A stretch of 63,958 nucleotides of DNA, filler included, from Candidatus Babelota bacterium (GTDB taxonomy: Bacteria > JAGOBX01), in the NCBI GenBank assembly GCA_017999075.1. It is 11 parts of 11 records of this genome, joined end to end, with 100 filler letters (N's around TTAATTAATTAA, not from the genome) between each part and the next. Parts side by side here need not be neighbours in the genome. Positions count along the whole stretch, not along the records: positions 1 to 13,388 come from JAGOBX010000044.1; positions 13,489 to 26,851 come from JAGOBX010000045.1; 9 more parts are not named here. One strand, given 5' to 3'. The position numbers and the translations under genes were made by a program. Under the pieces are notes generated by a model. It was given only the letters and a program-made list of their open reading frames with translations, was not told where the DNA came from and did no database searches. This document shows positions 9,401 through 18,776 of this stretch, in pieces; within the stretch, counting starts at the first letter, position 1; each line of letters starts with the position of its first letter.

Positions 9401-11583
9401 TTCCTAATTCGCATTTAGAAGTTGCAGGAGATATTAGAACTTCAGATTTGGGAGGACTTTATTTAAGAGGTGGAGTTTCAGACACTAATCACGGACTCGG
9501 ATATTATCACAGTGCAATAAGAGAATGGACAACAGGCTGGGGACCAGACGGACCTGTGCTTCACGGTTATGGCGGCGGCTCTTTAGGAACTAATCAAAGC
9601 GGAACAAAATCTACCGCGCTTGTATGGAATTCTTCAGGACAAGTAGGCATTGGAACCAATTCTCCAAGTTATAAACTTGATGTTTTTAACGGCCCTTCAA
9701 GATTTATAAATCCAAATTTATATATCGGTGAAATAATGCGCTGGCAGGGCTCAAATTCAAGCTCTCAATATCAAATGAATCTTTCTGCTTTTTCGCCTTC
9801 TTCAAATAATGTATCCTATTATTTTTCAATGCAGGACAATGACGGCAGTTATGATACATTTTTAATTTTCAATCGGGGAAATATAGGAGTAAACATAAAA
9901 ACTCCTCTTGATAAATTTCATGTTAACGACAGTTCCGCAATTTCCGGCTGGCGAGGCCGCGCTGTTTTTTCAGGAGCAAACCGCAGTGTTGTTGCTGGAA
10001 TATTCAACGATTCTGCTATTATAGGCGCCCATAATTCTGCTTTAACTGCCTGGGATACTTTATTCATCAATACTCAAGGAAACTTTGCAGGAGGCGGCAA
10101 CGGCAGCGTTATATTGCCCACATATGTAGGAATAGGCACACAAAGCTTAACATATGCTTTGAATTTTGGAACTGATAAAGGTATGCTTTTAAATGCTCTG
10201 ACTTACGGTTTCGCGATTGAACCAGTTACTGCGGCAACAGATTATTTAAATATTAAATCTGTTAATGCAGGAACTTCTTCAACAAACACTGATAATATAT
10301 TAGTCATAACGCGAGCTGGCAAAGTCGGCATCGGAACGACAAATCCTGGCTCAAGTCTTGAAATTTATAATAATTCAAATCCCAAAATATTTCTGAATTA
10401 TAACGGCTCTACTCAATATTTTTTGAGCGGAATATCAAATTCATTGGATTTTGGAAATGTCGGAGGTTCGCCTGCAGCAATAAGATTTATGCCCGGAAAT
10501 GTTACAAAAGTAATAATCGATAATTCCGGCAATGTCGGTATAGGCACAACTTCGCCTTCTGATAGTTTAACAGTTACAGGTGCGGTAGGTGCTGACAATG
10601 GAGAAGGACGCGGTTTTAAACTAAAGAAATCCGACGGCAATTATGCGGCTATTTTAGATATTGATAACAGCAATACAATGCGGTTAAAAGTTCCTGGTCC
10701 AGATTTTTTTATTAATCCTGATACTCCTGCCGCGTTAAATCTAAATTATAATCAGGGGGGGCAGGGTCATATTACAATGGTGGCAGGAAATTCAACAGGC
10801 AATGTCGGTATAGGCACAACAAATCCAGATCGCGCAAAACTTGTAGTAAACGGGTTTGTCAGTTATGATAATGACACTTACGGATATTTGACATCTAATG
10901 CAACAACAGGAATTTCAAGCGGAACAAACAATACATCTATTTATGCCAACGGCAGAATAGTATGTCCTGAATTCAACGCTGTGTCTGATGCGCGCATAAA
11001 AATAGAAATTCCGAAAACTGAAACTAAATCCAATCTTGAAATTATAAATAAATTACGTCCAGTCGATTATAAAATGAAGGATGAAATTCATCACGGCAGT
11101 AAAAATAAAAAAGGATTTTTTGCTCAGGAAGTAGAAAAAATTTTACCTGATGCTGTTTCAAAATCCTCTGATTTTGTGCCTGATATTTTTGCATTATCAA
11201 AATCAATTTCTTATGATAATTATTTAAAAATATTAACTATTACGCTTGATAAACCTCATAATTTACAGGTCGGCGACAAAGTAAAATTAATTTCAGAAAA
11301 AGAATCATTTGAAAAAACTGTAAACACAGTTTTTTCTTTAAATACTTTTTCAGTGGGAGAATGGAATTTGCCCACTGAAAAAGTATTCGTTTACGGCAAA
11401 TATGTAACTGATTTCAGGACGCTCGATTACAATCAAATTTTTACTGCAGGGATCAGCGCCATTCAGGAACTCTCTAAAAAAAATGAATCTTTAAAAAAAC
11501 AGATTGAGCAATTAAAACTAAAGGAAACTTTAATTATTGATTTAATTAAAAGAATAGAAAATTTAGAAAGTAAAATTAAATAA
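6466..11583 (+). CDS. Secreted tail-fibre-like adhesin with 93-aa stalk repeats, GNVGIGT repeats and a C-terminal peptidase S74 intramolecular chaperone
   Basis: Signal peptide followed by the YQGKLTDS...LWTETH...NGLFSVWLG N-domain; many G(N/K)VGIGT..P repeats; SDARIK...LRPVDY...GFFAQEVEKILP.AV S74 motif and a terminal coiled coil. Confidence 0.85.
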   Translation: MKKNILVIFFLLIYAAAGNGYYIAYQGKLTDSDNRRINASVVIIFSIYSEETGTTELWTETHNSVNIVNGLFSVWLGSSNPINLKFDRQYYLGININNQGELTPRIKLNASAFAYRAKYSDTAAFLENNAIAEGAMIINDTLTVNSSFIIEKDGKVGINTLFPSEQLEVLGNAKISGSITAKSYSGDGSNLTNLQYNSLAGDKISRTEISELLNIVGNDTNNLNNRITGLENDSQNKTVILSIYGTRISNLENDSVTKTYVNTQLSTLSSDTQTLKNDLANYKILVYADTINLYNQLSLIRSDSVISIAFSKISGDTVTKSYVDADSQTKTAVLTNYGTRISNLENDSVTKTYVNTQLSNLSSDTQNLKNDLTNYKTLVNADTINLYNQLSLIRSDSVISIAFSKISGDTVTKSYVDADSQTKTAILSNYGTRISNLENDSVTKTYVNTQLSNLSSDTQTLKNDLANYKILVNADTMNLYNQLSLIRSDSVINIAFSKISGDTVTKSYVDADSQIKTTVLTNYGTRISNLENDSVTKTYVNTQLSNLSSDTQTLKNDLANYKILVYADTMNLYNQLSLIRSDSVISIAFSKISGDTVTKSYVDADSQIKTALLSNYGTRISNLENDSVTKTYVNTLLSNLSSDTQTLKNDLANYKILVNADTMNLYNQLSLIRSDSVINIAFSKISGDTVTKTYVDEQLSVKLNKNDSIVISRVSQLFNDSGFISNAGSSITQESADLRYIKKSDTIAADSIGTGAVNSIELSYLDNVSSNIQMQLNSKASNANPGITGGLLVSDTLAVGADTFIVLKNGNVGIGTTNPSARLTINGSNSSELLELSINYNSTTPSLAINNTSGNLASGSRISFKSSGTELANIIYQLGSGSTPSLQFGTNNNERMRITYNGKIGIGTVTPSDSLQVAGSIRGETLTITQRIYADTISAIKFYGDGSNLTGINSSGKFSGNVGDSIYITSTKVGIGTTVPNSHLEVAGDIRTSDLGGLYLRGGVSDTNHGLGYYHSAIREWTTGWGPDGPVLHGYGGGSLGTNQSGTKSTALVWNSSGQVGIGTNSPSYKLDVFNGPSRFINPNLYIGEIMRWQGSNSSSQYQMNLSAFSPSSNNVSYYFSMQDNDGSYDTFLIFNRGNIGVNIKTPLDKFHVNDSSAISGWRGRAVFSGANRSVVAGIFNDSAIIGAHNSALTAWDTLFINTQGNFAGGGNGSVILPTYVGIGTQSLTYALNFGTDKGMLLNALTYGFAIEPVTAATDYLNIKSVNAGTSSTNTDNILVITRAGKVGIGTTNPGSSLEIYNNSNPKIFLNYNGSTQYFLSGISNSLDFGNVGGSPAAIRFMPGNVTKVIIDNSGNVGIGTTSPSDSLTVTGAVGADNGEGRGFKLKKSDGNYAAILDIDNSNTMRLKVPGPDFFINPDTPAALNLNYNQGGQGHITMVAGNSTGNVGIGTTNPDRAKLVVNGFVSYDNDTYGYLTSNATTGISSGTNNTSIYANGRIVCPEFNAVSDARIKIEIPKTETKSNLEIINKLRPVDYKMKDEIHHGSKNKKGFFAQEVEKILPDAVSKSSDFVPDIFALSKSISYDNYLKILTITLDKPHNLQVGDKVKLISEKESFEKTVNTVFSLNTFSVGEWNLPTEKVFVYGKYVTDFRTLDYNQIFTAGISAIQELSKKNESLKKQIEQLKLKETLIIDLIKRIENLESKIK
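7160..8553 (+). repeat. About five near-identical 279-nt (93-aa) in-frame tandem repeats
   Basis: AATCTTGAAAACGA recurs near 7213, 7492, 7771, 8050 and 8329; unit YGTRISNLENDSVTKTYVNTQLS...SKISGDTVTKSYVDADSQ. Confidence 0.95.
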
Positions 11584-11663
11584 GAGTTTACGTTTAAATG
11601 TGTAAAACAACTTCAGTGCTGCCGCTGTTGAAAATGAAATATTTCAGATCAGATTTACTTTCC

Positions 11664-12748
11664 TTAAAACATATAAAAAAGAGAAAATTGGCAGCGGTTG
11701 CTTTTCAAATCATAAACCGAATTTTGAAAATACATATCCGAACGGAGATTGTAATATTCACATGCAGCAAATAAATTTGTTGTAAAACTGTACCATAAAT
11801 TAATATATTTCTGACGGTTTCTTAAAAAATCATAATCAATCAAACTCGAATAATCATTTTTCGTATATCCGAAACCTGTATTTGAAAAAATTTTTTTCGA
11901 AAAATATATCATAAGATTGAAATATCCGCCTTTGCTCTTTATTTTAGGGGCACGAGGATACATTGTCACAGAACCTAAAAGTTCATTTGTGTTTGCGCCG
12001 CTAAAAAATTCTGATGACAATTTCCCGAATTTAAAAGGCAATACGATCTCAGCAGAATACGCATATGATTCATCTATTGTTCTCGAATATTTGCCTTTGT
12101 CATAACCTAAAGCAGCGATTGTTTTTTTGAAAATCCACATATCTTTTTCAACAGATGCACGAATCTGGTATCTAAATTGTCCGGTTTGTGTTTGAGGAAT
12201 AGCAGATTTAACGTCTTTAGTTTGTTTAAGTGCCCCTGTGCTTCTATCTTAAAAAAATCAAATGAATATCCAACACGAAATTGCGGAAATTGCCCATGCA
12301 TATTGCCGCAATGTCCAAGATAGCCCCCATTTAGAATCATAGGTTCTGTCTGCGCTATGATCATATCAGTCTGACCGCCGACAATTGTCCAGTTATCTTT
12401 AATTACTGATATTACAGCTTTTCTCAATTTAAGTTCCGCATTCTTGTCATTTATATTATCGCTGTTGGTAAAATCAATCTCAAAAATTCCGTCTACGTTA
12501 TATCCAAATTCTTCAGGCGCTTTTATTTTTAATCCTATTCTGGAGGTTTCAAGAGTAAAATTCAAATCAGATGTTCCATAGTCAGGATTAGCTTTATATT
12601 GAGTATGCCATCCTGGATTACGATCGCCATAAATTACACTTGCATTAATAAATCCATATGCTTTGAAATCAAATTTGTTTAACTCCGCAGAAGAAACATA
12701 ATTTAAAGCATTTGCACAGATTAAAATTATCAGCGCCAATTTTTTCAT
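11664..12748 (-). pseudogene. DcaP-like outer-membrane porin split by a frameshift near 12235-12245
   Basis: Signal peptide and beta-barrel strands (YGFINAS, SRIGLKI, FEIDF, LRKA, VGGQT); after KIEA the barrel-like sequence continues in another frame (GALKQTKDVKSAIPQ...MWIFKK) and ends in the aromatic motif FSLFYMF. Confidence 0.7.
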
Positions 12749-13363
12749 TTATTTACTGTTCAAAAAATTTATCAATGTTATTCCAGATTTATCCAGTTTT
12801 AATTTTTTGCGGACATTATTCCTATGCCGTTCAACAGTGGTGTGAGATATTTTCAACACTTTTCCAATAGCTTTAGATGACATTCTCTGTTTTATCATAG
12901 AGCAAATTTCGATTTCCGTATTCGTTAAAAATGGTTTTAACTTATCAAGTTTTATTCCTAACGGATCGCTTATTTCAGACAATGTTTTAATAATCAATTC
13001 AACAATTTTTTTGTCATTACCATCTTTAATATTAGCATATATTCTTTCAAGAAGAGGCAATGCAGTATATTCAATATTTTTCATTGCACTGTCAATATAT
13101 TTATTTTTCATTCTTGCAAACTGAGTCATCATTTTTTCAATATATTTATGTTCTATATCATCAAATGTTTCAGATTCCTCTCTCTGACATTTAGTCTTCC
13201 TCTGTTTCTGTTCGTAATTGTAAACATTTCTCAAAAAAATACTTGAACCAGAATCTTCCAAAAGTTCATCAGGTTGAATATACAAATGATTAAAACACAG
13301 AAGATCTTTAATAATAATATATTGGTAATTAAGATAAATTTTTAAAAGACTGTCAAAACTCAA
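12749..13363 (-). CDS. LuxR-type HTH transcriptional regulator (start uncertain, near contig end)
   Basis: C-terminal LTNTEIEICSMIKQRMSSKAIGKVLKISHTTVERHRNNVRKKL. Confidence 0.85.
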   Translation of the reverse strand: MSFDSLLKIYLNYQYIIIKDLLCFNHLYIQPDELLEDSGSSIFLRNVYNYEQKQRKTKCQREESETFDDIEHKYIEKMMTQFARMKNKYIDSAMKNIEYTALPLLERIYANIKDGNDKKIVELIIKTLSEISDPLGIKLDKLKPFLTNTEIEICSMIKQRMSSKAIGKVLKISHTTVERHRNNVRKKLKLDKSGITLINFLNSK

Positions 13364-13388
13364 GTTGGTGAAATCATATGAATATAAT

Positions 13389-13488
13389 NNNNNNNNNNNN
13401 NNNNNNNNNNNNNNNNNNNNNNNNNNNNNNNNTTAATTAATTAANNNNNNNNNNNNNNNNNNNNNNNNNNNNNNNNNNNNNNNNNNNN
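13389..13488. other. Artificial contig-joining spacer (first of ten identical ones)
   Basis: N-run, TTAATTAATTAA (stop codons in all frames), N-run; also at 26852, 29852, 43285, 46283, 49281, 52274, 55253, 58230, 61196. Confidence 0.98.
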
Positions 13489-13536
13489 TTCAGGATCATA
13501 AATCCATCCGCAAGCATTGCATACATATTTTTTCAT
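13489..13536 (-). CDS. Rubredoxin, 5' part (cut by contig end); not in the ORF track
   Basis: Minus strand reads MKKYVCNACGWIYDPE after an AGGAGG SD. Confidence 0.88.
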
Positions 13537-13783
13537 AATAACCCTCCTAAAGATTATATATTATTGCAATTATTTAAATAATAAAAATTGTTTAAATAAA
13601 TTTCAATAAAACTTCTAATCTTAAAATGCGATAAACATTTTTTAAACGTGAGAAGTTTTTCGATTTTTATAATATATTTATGCATTAATAATAATTATAA
13701 TGATGTAAAATGCAATAAAAACTTTTTATGATTTTTTATGCTAAGGAAAAATGAAAAATGAATACAGAAAAATGAATATTATA

Positions 13784-13812
13784 TTGACAAATTAAAGTAA
13801 ATTATAGATAAT
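13784..13812 (+). promoter_or_regulatory. Possible sigma70 promoter for the PhnD-kinase-PNPase operon
   Basis: TTGACA, 17-nt spacer, GATAAT; the AT-rich background lowers its significance. Confidence 0.35.
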
Positions 13813-14000
13813 AGAAATGTTACTGAATGGTTATTTGGCCATTTTTTGTAAAAATTATATATTGATAAGCAATAAGTTAATTTTGCAAATAAAGTATATG
13901 ATTATAATATAAATCAGGAAACAGTTCCGAAATTTGTATTAAGGCAATATTATTATTTTTTTGGAGGGGCAGGATGATTTTTATATTTAAAAGGGATTTT

Positions 14001-14915
14001 ATGAAAATAATTTTAATAATACTGATTTTAGTAAATTTGGCTGGATGTTCAACAGAAACTGAAAATTCAATTAATGAACAGTCAGATGTTAAAAAAAATG
14101 AGGGAGTTAATGTACCTTCTGAACAGCAAAATAAAAAACTTAGTATGGCAGTAGTGCCTTCAAGCAATGCTATAGATTTGCAGACTGTATTGAAACCTCT
14201 GGTAAATTATCTTCATACCAAACTTGATTCGGTAGTTATTTTGAAATTTGCAACCAATTATGAACATATAGTTGATAAACTCGGGACAGAATATGATTTT
14301 GCTTTAATGGGCGCATATTCTTATGTGGAATCACATAAAAAAAATCAAACTTTACCGCTTGTGAAATCAATAAGAAATGGAAAAGCATCATATAAAGGAA
14401 TAATAATAACACATAAAGATTCTGGAATTAAATCAATAGCAGATATAAAGAATAAGAAAAAAATAAAAGCAGTTTTTACGGACAGGTATTCCACTTCAGG
14501 ATTTTTGTATCCTGCTGCCGACATAATAAAATCAGGAATAGATATCAACAAAGATTTGGAATTCAAATTCGTAAAAGGACATGATAATGTAGTTAAAATA
14601 ATTTCAGCTAAAGGAGCTGATATAGGAGCCTGCTACCAGGGAGCCGTAGAAAAATATTTAACTAAGGAAAAATCTGCAAATATAGTAATTATAAAAGAAA
14701 CAGACGAAATACCAGGAGATCCTCTTGTAATAGGTAAAAATATAATTGAAAATAAAGAATTAAAAGAAAAGATGCTTGAAGCGTTAGTTAGTTTAAAAGA
14801 ACCGGCAATTCTTAATTCATTGGCTGGCGGCCTGGAAGGATATGCTGTTGCTGCAGATTCGGATTACGACAATTTGCGTGAAAAAATTAATTTAATAAAT
14901 CAATATTTCAAATGA
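14001..14915 (+). CDS. PhnD-family phosphate/phosphite/phosphonate-binding lipoprotein
   Basis: Lipobox LAGC; motifs YKGIIITHKDSGIKS, FTDRYSTSGFLYP, GHDNVV, DSDYD. Confidence 0.85.
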   Translation: MKIILIILILVNLAGCSTETENSINEQSDVKKNEGVNVPSEQQNKKLSMAVVPSSNAIDLQTVLKPLVNYLHTKLDSVVILKFATNYEHIVDKLGTEYDFALMGAYSYVESHKKNQTLPLVKSIRNGKASYKGIIITHKDSGIKSIADIKNKKKIKAVFTDRYSTSGFLYPAADIIKSGIDINKDLEFKFVKGHDNVVKIISAKGADIGACYQGAVEKYLTKEKSANIVIIKETDEIPGDPLVIGKNIIENKELKEKMLEALVSLKEPAILNSLAGGLEGYAVAADSDYDNLREKINLINQYFK

Positions 14916-16999
14916 AAAAATATTTTATCTGGTTCCAAAAAAAAAATCGCGAGATAAGCGGTTCATTTTTATTTTTGTCATTATTTTTAACTGTAATACT
15001 TCTTTATATAATATTAAGTTTTTTTACAAGTTTATCATCACATTTTTTTTATTTATTTTTAATAATTGCTTTATTATTTTTTATTATAGATCCTTTTTTA
15101 AAATCAATTCTTCCGTCGGCTAAGGCAAATCTTCTTTTATTGGAAATATATGTTTTTTTCATACATTTTACAGTAGCGTATTCCGGAGATAACAGCACGG
15201 CATTTTTCTTTTTGTATTTTATTCCTATTATATCAGGAGCTATGAGTTTCGGCATACGCGGGAGCGTGGCTACAACTCTGTTTATTTTTTTGCTGTATAA
15301 TTTAAGTCCGGATCCTATAACCCGGAATATAATGTTATTCGGTCCTCAGGTTCAAGTGCATCTCCCTAAATTCATTGCATTGCTGATAATAGCGATAATG
15401 CTTGGATTTTCAAGTGAGGAAAACAGAAAAGCTGAACAGCGGGCTTATGAAAGAATGTCAAAAATTGTTACGTTAAATGAAATTAAAAACAGTTTAAAAC
15501 TTGATTATGAACTCGGTTCAATATTAAAAGTTACGACAAATTCAATACTTAAAATAATGAACTGCAATGCGGCTTTGGGAATATTGTATGATAATATGAC
15601 TGGAGAAATTCTGGAAAAATACGAGCAGGATTTTGATTTGAACAGTCTTAATAAGGCGGTAATACGAGCCACTCAGGATTCGGAATTGTTTGGACCAAAA
15701 GACAAAATTATATCCTCGCCTGATTCAAAAAAAATAAGGAATATACTTAAAATAAACCTTCACATAGACAATGAACAGTATTTGATTATATATTTGTCTA
15801 AGATGTACGAAAAAAATACGTTTAATGTCAGCGATATTGAACTTTTAAAAACGATAAAGGTATATCTTGAACTTTTATTTAAAAACAGAACTTTATATAA
15901 AAGAATAGAAAGTATAAAAGATTATCTGTATTTTACTTTTAAAAATCTGCCTCTTGGAATAATGATTTTAGATAATGATTTGAAAATTAAGTTTATTAAC
16001 ACTCAGGCGCTGCTGCTTTTAAAATATGATAATGAAAAAGATTTGACTGACAGGATTCTCGGAGAAGACATATACATATTTCCTGATAAAAAAATTCAAT
16101 CAAAGATTGAAAATGAAGAATATATGTTTTTTCATAGAACTCAGCTTGTAGCTAAAAATCTTGAAGTTAAACAAATCGAATTGACTACAGTAAAATTAAA
16201 AACTGAATACGGATTAATTAAAGGAATGATAGTTTCTTTTAATGATATAACTGAAATGAAACAAATGGAAGAAGAACTTAACAGACGCGACAGGTTATCA
16301 TCGTTAGGAGAAATGGCTGCGGGTCTTGCTCATGAAATAAGGAATCCGCTTGGTTCTATAGAAGGTTTTGCGTCGCTTCTTGTAAAAGATTATGCTGATT
16401 CTGCTGACAATGAAAAAAGCAGGATAGCTTCTAAAATAGTAGAAGGAGTTAATGATTTAAATAAGATTGTAACTGAATTTTTGAATTTTACAAATAAAAT
16501 TCAATTGAAAAAACAAAATAAAAATATTATTGAGACTATTGAAAAATCGTTGCTTTACGCCAGAAAATCTATTGACGAAAATAAAATAAAAGTTGAAAAA
16601 CAGTATTGCGCTCAGAAGATAATAGTTAATTACGACGAAGATAAAATAAGCCGTGTTTTATTAAACGTGATATTGAATGCGGTTGACGCATTATCTGACA
16701 TTAGTGAACCGCTAATCAGCATCAGCGTAAGGATAAAAGAAAATAATATGGCATCAATGGAGTCTACTCTATGCTGCATAGATTTTTTTAATAATGGAGG
16801 GAATATTGATGAAAATGTAAAAAGTAAAATATTCAATCCTTTTTTTACCACAAAATCAAATGGAATAGGATTGGGATTGACTATTTCACAGAAAATAATA
16901 GAAGAACATAACGGCAGAATAAATTTTAAAAATGAGAGGAATGGAGTAAAATTTACTATAGAATTACCTGTTGATAAAAGGTTTGTTTATAAATCCTGA
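14912..16999 (+). CDS. Membrane sensor histidine kinase (multi-TM, GAF-like, PAS, HisKA, HATPase)
   Basis: SLGEMAAGLAHEIRNPL H-box; NVILNAVDA N-box; IFNPFFTTKSNGIGLGL G-box; ATGA overlap with the upstream gene. Confidence 0.93.
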   Translation: MKKYFIWFQKKNREISGSFLFLSLFLTVILLYIILSFFTSLSSHFFYLFLIIALLFFIIDPFLKSILPSAKANLLLLEIYVFFIHFTVAYSGDNSTAFFFLYFIPIISGAMSFGIRGSVATTLFIFLLYNLSPDPITRNIMLFGPQVQVHLPKFIALLIIAIMLGFSSEENRKAEQRAYERMSKIVTLNEIKNSLKLDYELGSILKVTTNSILKIMNCNAALGILYDNMTGEILEKYEQDFDLNSLNKAVIRATQDSELFGPKDKIISSPDSKKIRNILKINLHIDNEQYLIIYLSKMYEKNTFNVSDIELLKTIKVYLELLFKNRTLYKRIESIKDYLYFTFKNLPLGIMILDNDLKIKFINTQALLLLKYDNEKDLTDRILGEDIYIFPDKKIQSKIENEEYMFFHRTQLVAKNLEVKQIELTTVKLKTEYGLIKGMIVSFNDITEMKQMEEELNRRDRLSSLGEMAAGLAHEIRNPLGSIEGFASLLVKDYADSADNEKSRIASKIVEGVNDLNKIVTEFLNFTNKIQLKKQNKNIIETIEKSLLYARKSIDENKIKVEKQYCAQKIIVNYDEDKISRVLLNVILNAVDALSDISEPLISISVRIKENNMASMESTLCCIDFFNNGGNIDENVKSKIFNPFFTTKSNGIGLGLTISQKIIEEHNGRINFKNERNGVKFTIELPVDKRFVYKS

Positions 17000-17012
17000 T
17001 AATAGAATAAAG

Positions 17013-18770
17013 ATGAAATGCATAAGACAATTTAACAATACAATATTGTTTAACAATGATCTGGAAATAGAAATAATTGACAATATATCTTCATGTCTCG
17101 GAATAAGGCTGAAATCTAAAAATACAGTGATATTAGGTTTTTTAAATGCAGGAGATTTAAAAACTGTAAGAGAACCGAAACTGATAATAAAATATATTGA
17201 GCGCTATTCTGCTTCGGGCCAATTACCTGGAGCTGCGAACCTTGAAGAAAATGTTTATTCACAAAAAAATTCTATTATAGAAAAACATATTACGCGTCAA
17301 ATTTCGCCGCTGTTAAAAAAAAATAATTTTGATGTGGAAATTAATATTCTGCTTGAATCTGCAGACTATAAGTTTCCTTCTGATGCATTATCAATGAATT
17401 GCGCGATGATATTATGCTATATATCAGGGCTGTTGGAAATTCCTTATTATGCAGGCAGGTTCTGCGTTATAGATTCGCATACAAAAATTGAGCCTGAATT
17501 TAAGGATATCAAAAATTCCAAGTTTACGGCAATATTCGGGACAACTCAAAATAAAATAATTTTTCTTGAAGTTAACGGAATAGAATTTTCAGAATTTGAA
17601 ATTGAAAATGTATTAAGAAAGATTGAAAAAGATATAACTGCATTTTTTGAGATATTAAATGATTTGAAAAAAAATGTTTCTGTAAAATTAGGAGTTGAAC
17701 GATTTACATCAAATGAAAAAAATGATTCAATAAAAAATCAAATAGAAAAAATTGTTACTGAAAACAGAGAACTGCTTGAAGGGATCTATGTTTATGATAC
17801 ATATAAAATGAGAATATCAGAACTTACTAAATTATCTTCTATATTGTTAAAAAATGTTGAATTGACTGTGGATTTGAATAATGATGTATATACGGACGTA
17901 AAAAAGTTTTATTATGATTGTTTTCTAAAAATGATTGTAAAAATAGTTAAAGAAAAATTGACCCAAAAAAAGCGGTTATATAATGATTATATGAATAAAT
18001 TGACCGGAATAGACGTGGAAATAATAAAAAATAGAAATACTGCTGTTTGCCGAATAAACCGTGAAATAACAGATACAGTAGTTTCTGTAACATCATTGAT
18101 AACCGAAAAACGCATATTTAAAGAAAATGATAGAACAGAAAATATACCTAATGTAAAATTGGAAAAATTCATAAAAAAAACTGATGATGTTGATTCCAAA
18201 AAAGAGAACAAATTTTATAATATCTCCAATTTTTTTGGTAATAACATAAATGTTATGCTTGGCGACAGAATTTTGCCTGATGAATTTAAACCTTTAAGAT
18301 CGCTGCAAATAGAAACTGTTTTAAACAAGGTTGTTAATTATAAAAATTTATTTTCGCAGGAAAACGTTTACAGGATGGTGACAGAATATATTTCAAGCGA
18401 CGGATGTGAAATAAGTTCTCCTGTAAATGCTGTGAATATTTTAAAATATTATCATCCGGTAAATTTTTTTAAAGATATTTTTTTTGGAGATATTGTTTGC
18501 CTTGAATTTGCTTATCTGATAGAAGAAAATTATTTAATTTTGGAACCTGTATTTCTTGAAGAAACAGCTGCTGATTTACGAATATGCATAGCAGGAGATT
18601 CTAATAATATTAAATTTATGAATTTAGTAACTAATACGTCAGGTATAGAAATATCAAAACTCACAAAAATAATAAAAGAATGTAAGACTATTTTGAAAAA
18701 TTATTTGCGAACGGTAGTTTCAAATATGAATAAAAATAAAAACAATTTATGTTACAGCATAAGGTTTTAA
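17013..18770 (+). CDS. Highly degenerate PNPase-like protein A (two RNase PH domains, no KH or S1)
   Basis: KYIERYSASGQLPG ~ NYQERTYAAGRIPG; RQISPLL ~ RPIRPLF; YRMVTEYISSDG ~ VRVVSEITESNG; LEPVFLEETAADLRICIAG ~ [20 protein letters not shown]. Confidence 0.72.
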   Translation: MKCIRQFNNTILFNNDLEIEIIDNISSCLGIRLKSKNTVILGFLNAGDLKTVREPKLIIKYIERYSASGQLPGAANLEENVYSQKNSIIEKHITRQISPLLKKNNFDVEINILLESADYKFPSDALSMNCAMILCYISGLLEIPYYAGRFCVIDSHTKIEPEFKDIKNSKFTAIFGTTQNKIIFLEVNGIEFSEFEIENVLRKIEKDITAFFEILNDLKKNVSVKLGVERFTSNEKNDSIKNQIEKIVTENRELLEGIYVYDTYKMRISELTKLSSILLKNVELTVDLNNDVYTDVKKFYYDCFLKMIVKIVKEKLTQKKRLYNDYMNKLTGIDVEIIKNRNTAVCRINREITDTVVSVTSLITEKRIFKENDRTENIPNVKLEKFIKKTDDVDSKKENKFYNISNFFGNNINVMLGDRILPDEFKPLRSLQIETVLNKVVNYKNLFSQENVYRMVTEYISSDGCEISSPVNAVNILKYYHPVNFFKDIFFGDIVCLEFAYLIEENYLILEPVFLEETAADLRICIAGDSNNIKFMNLVTNTSGIEISKLTKIIKECKTILKNYLRTVVSNMNKNKNNLCYSIRF

Positions 18771-18776
18771 TTTGAT

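Noticed and set aside
13560-13700. Fur/PerR-like boxes upstream of rubredoxin (ATTATTTAAATAAT, TAATAATAATTATAA)
   Set aside because: Plausible, but all-AT motifs in an extremely AT-rich intergenic region are not distinguishable from chance
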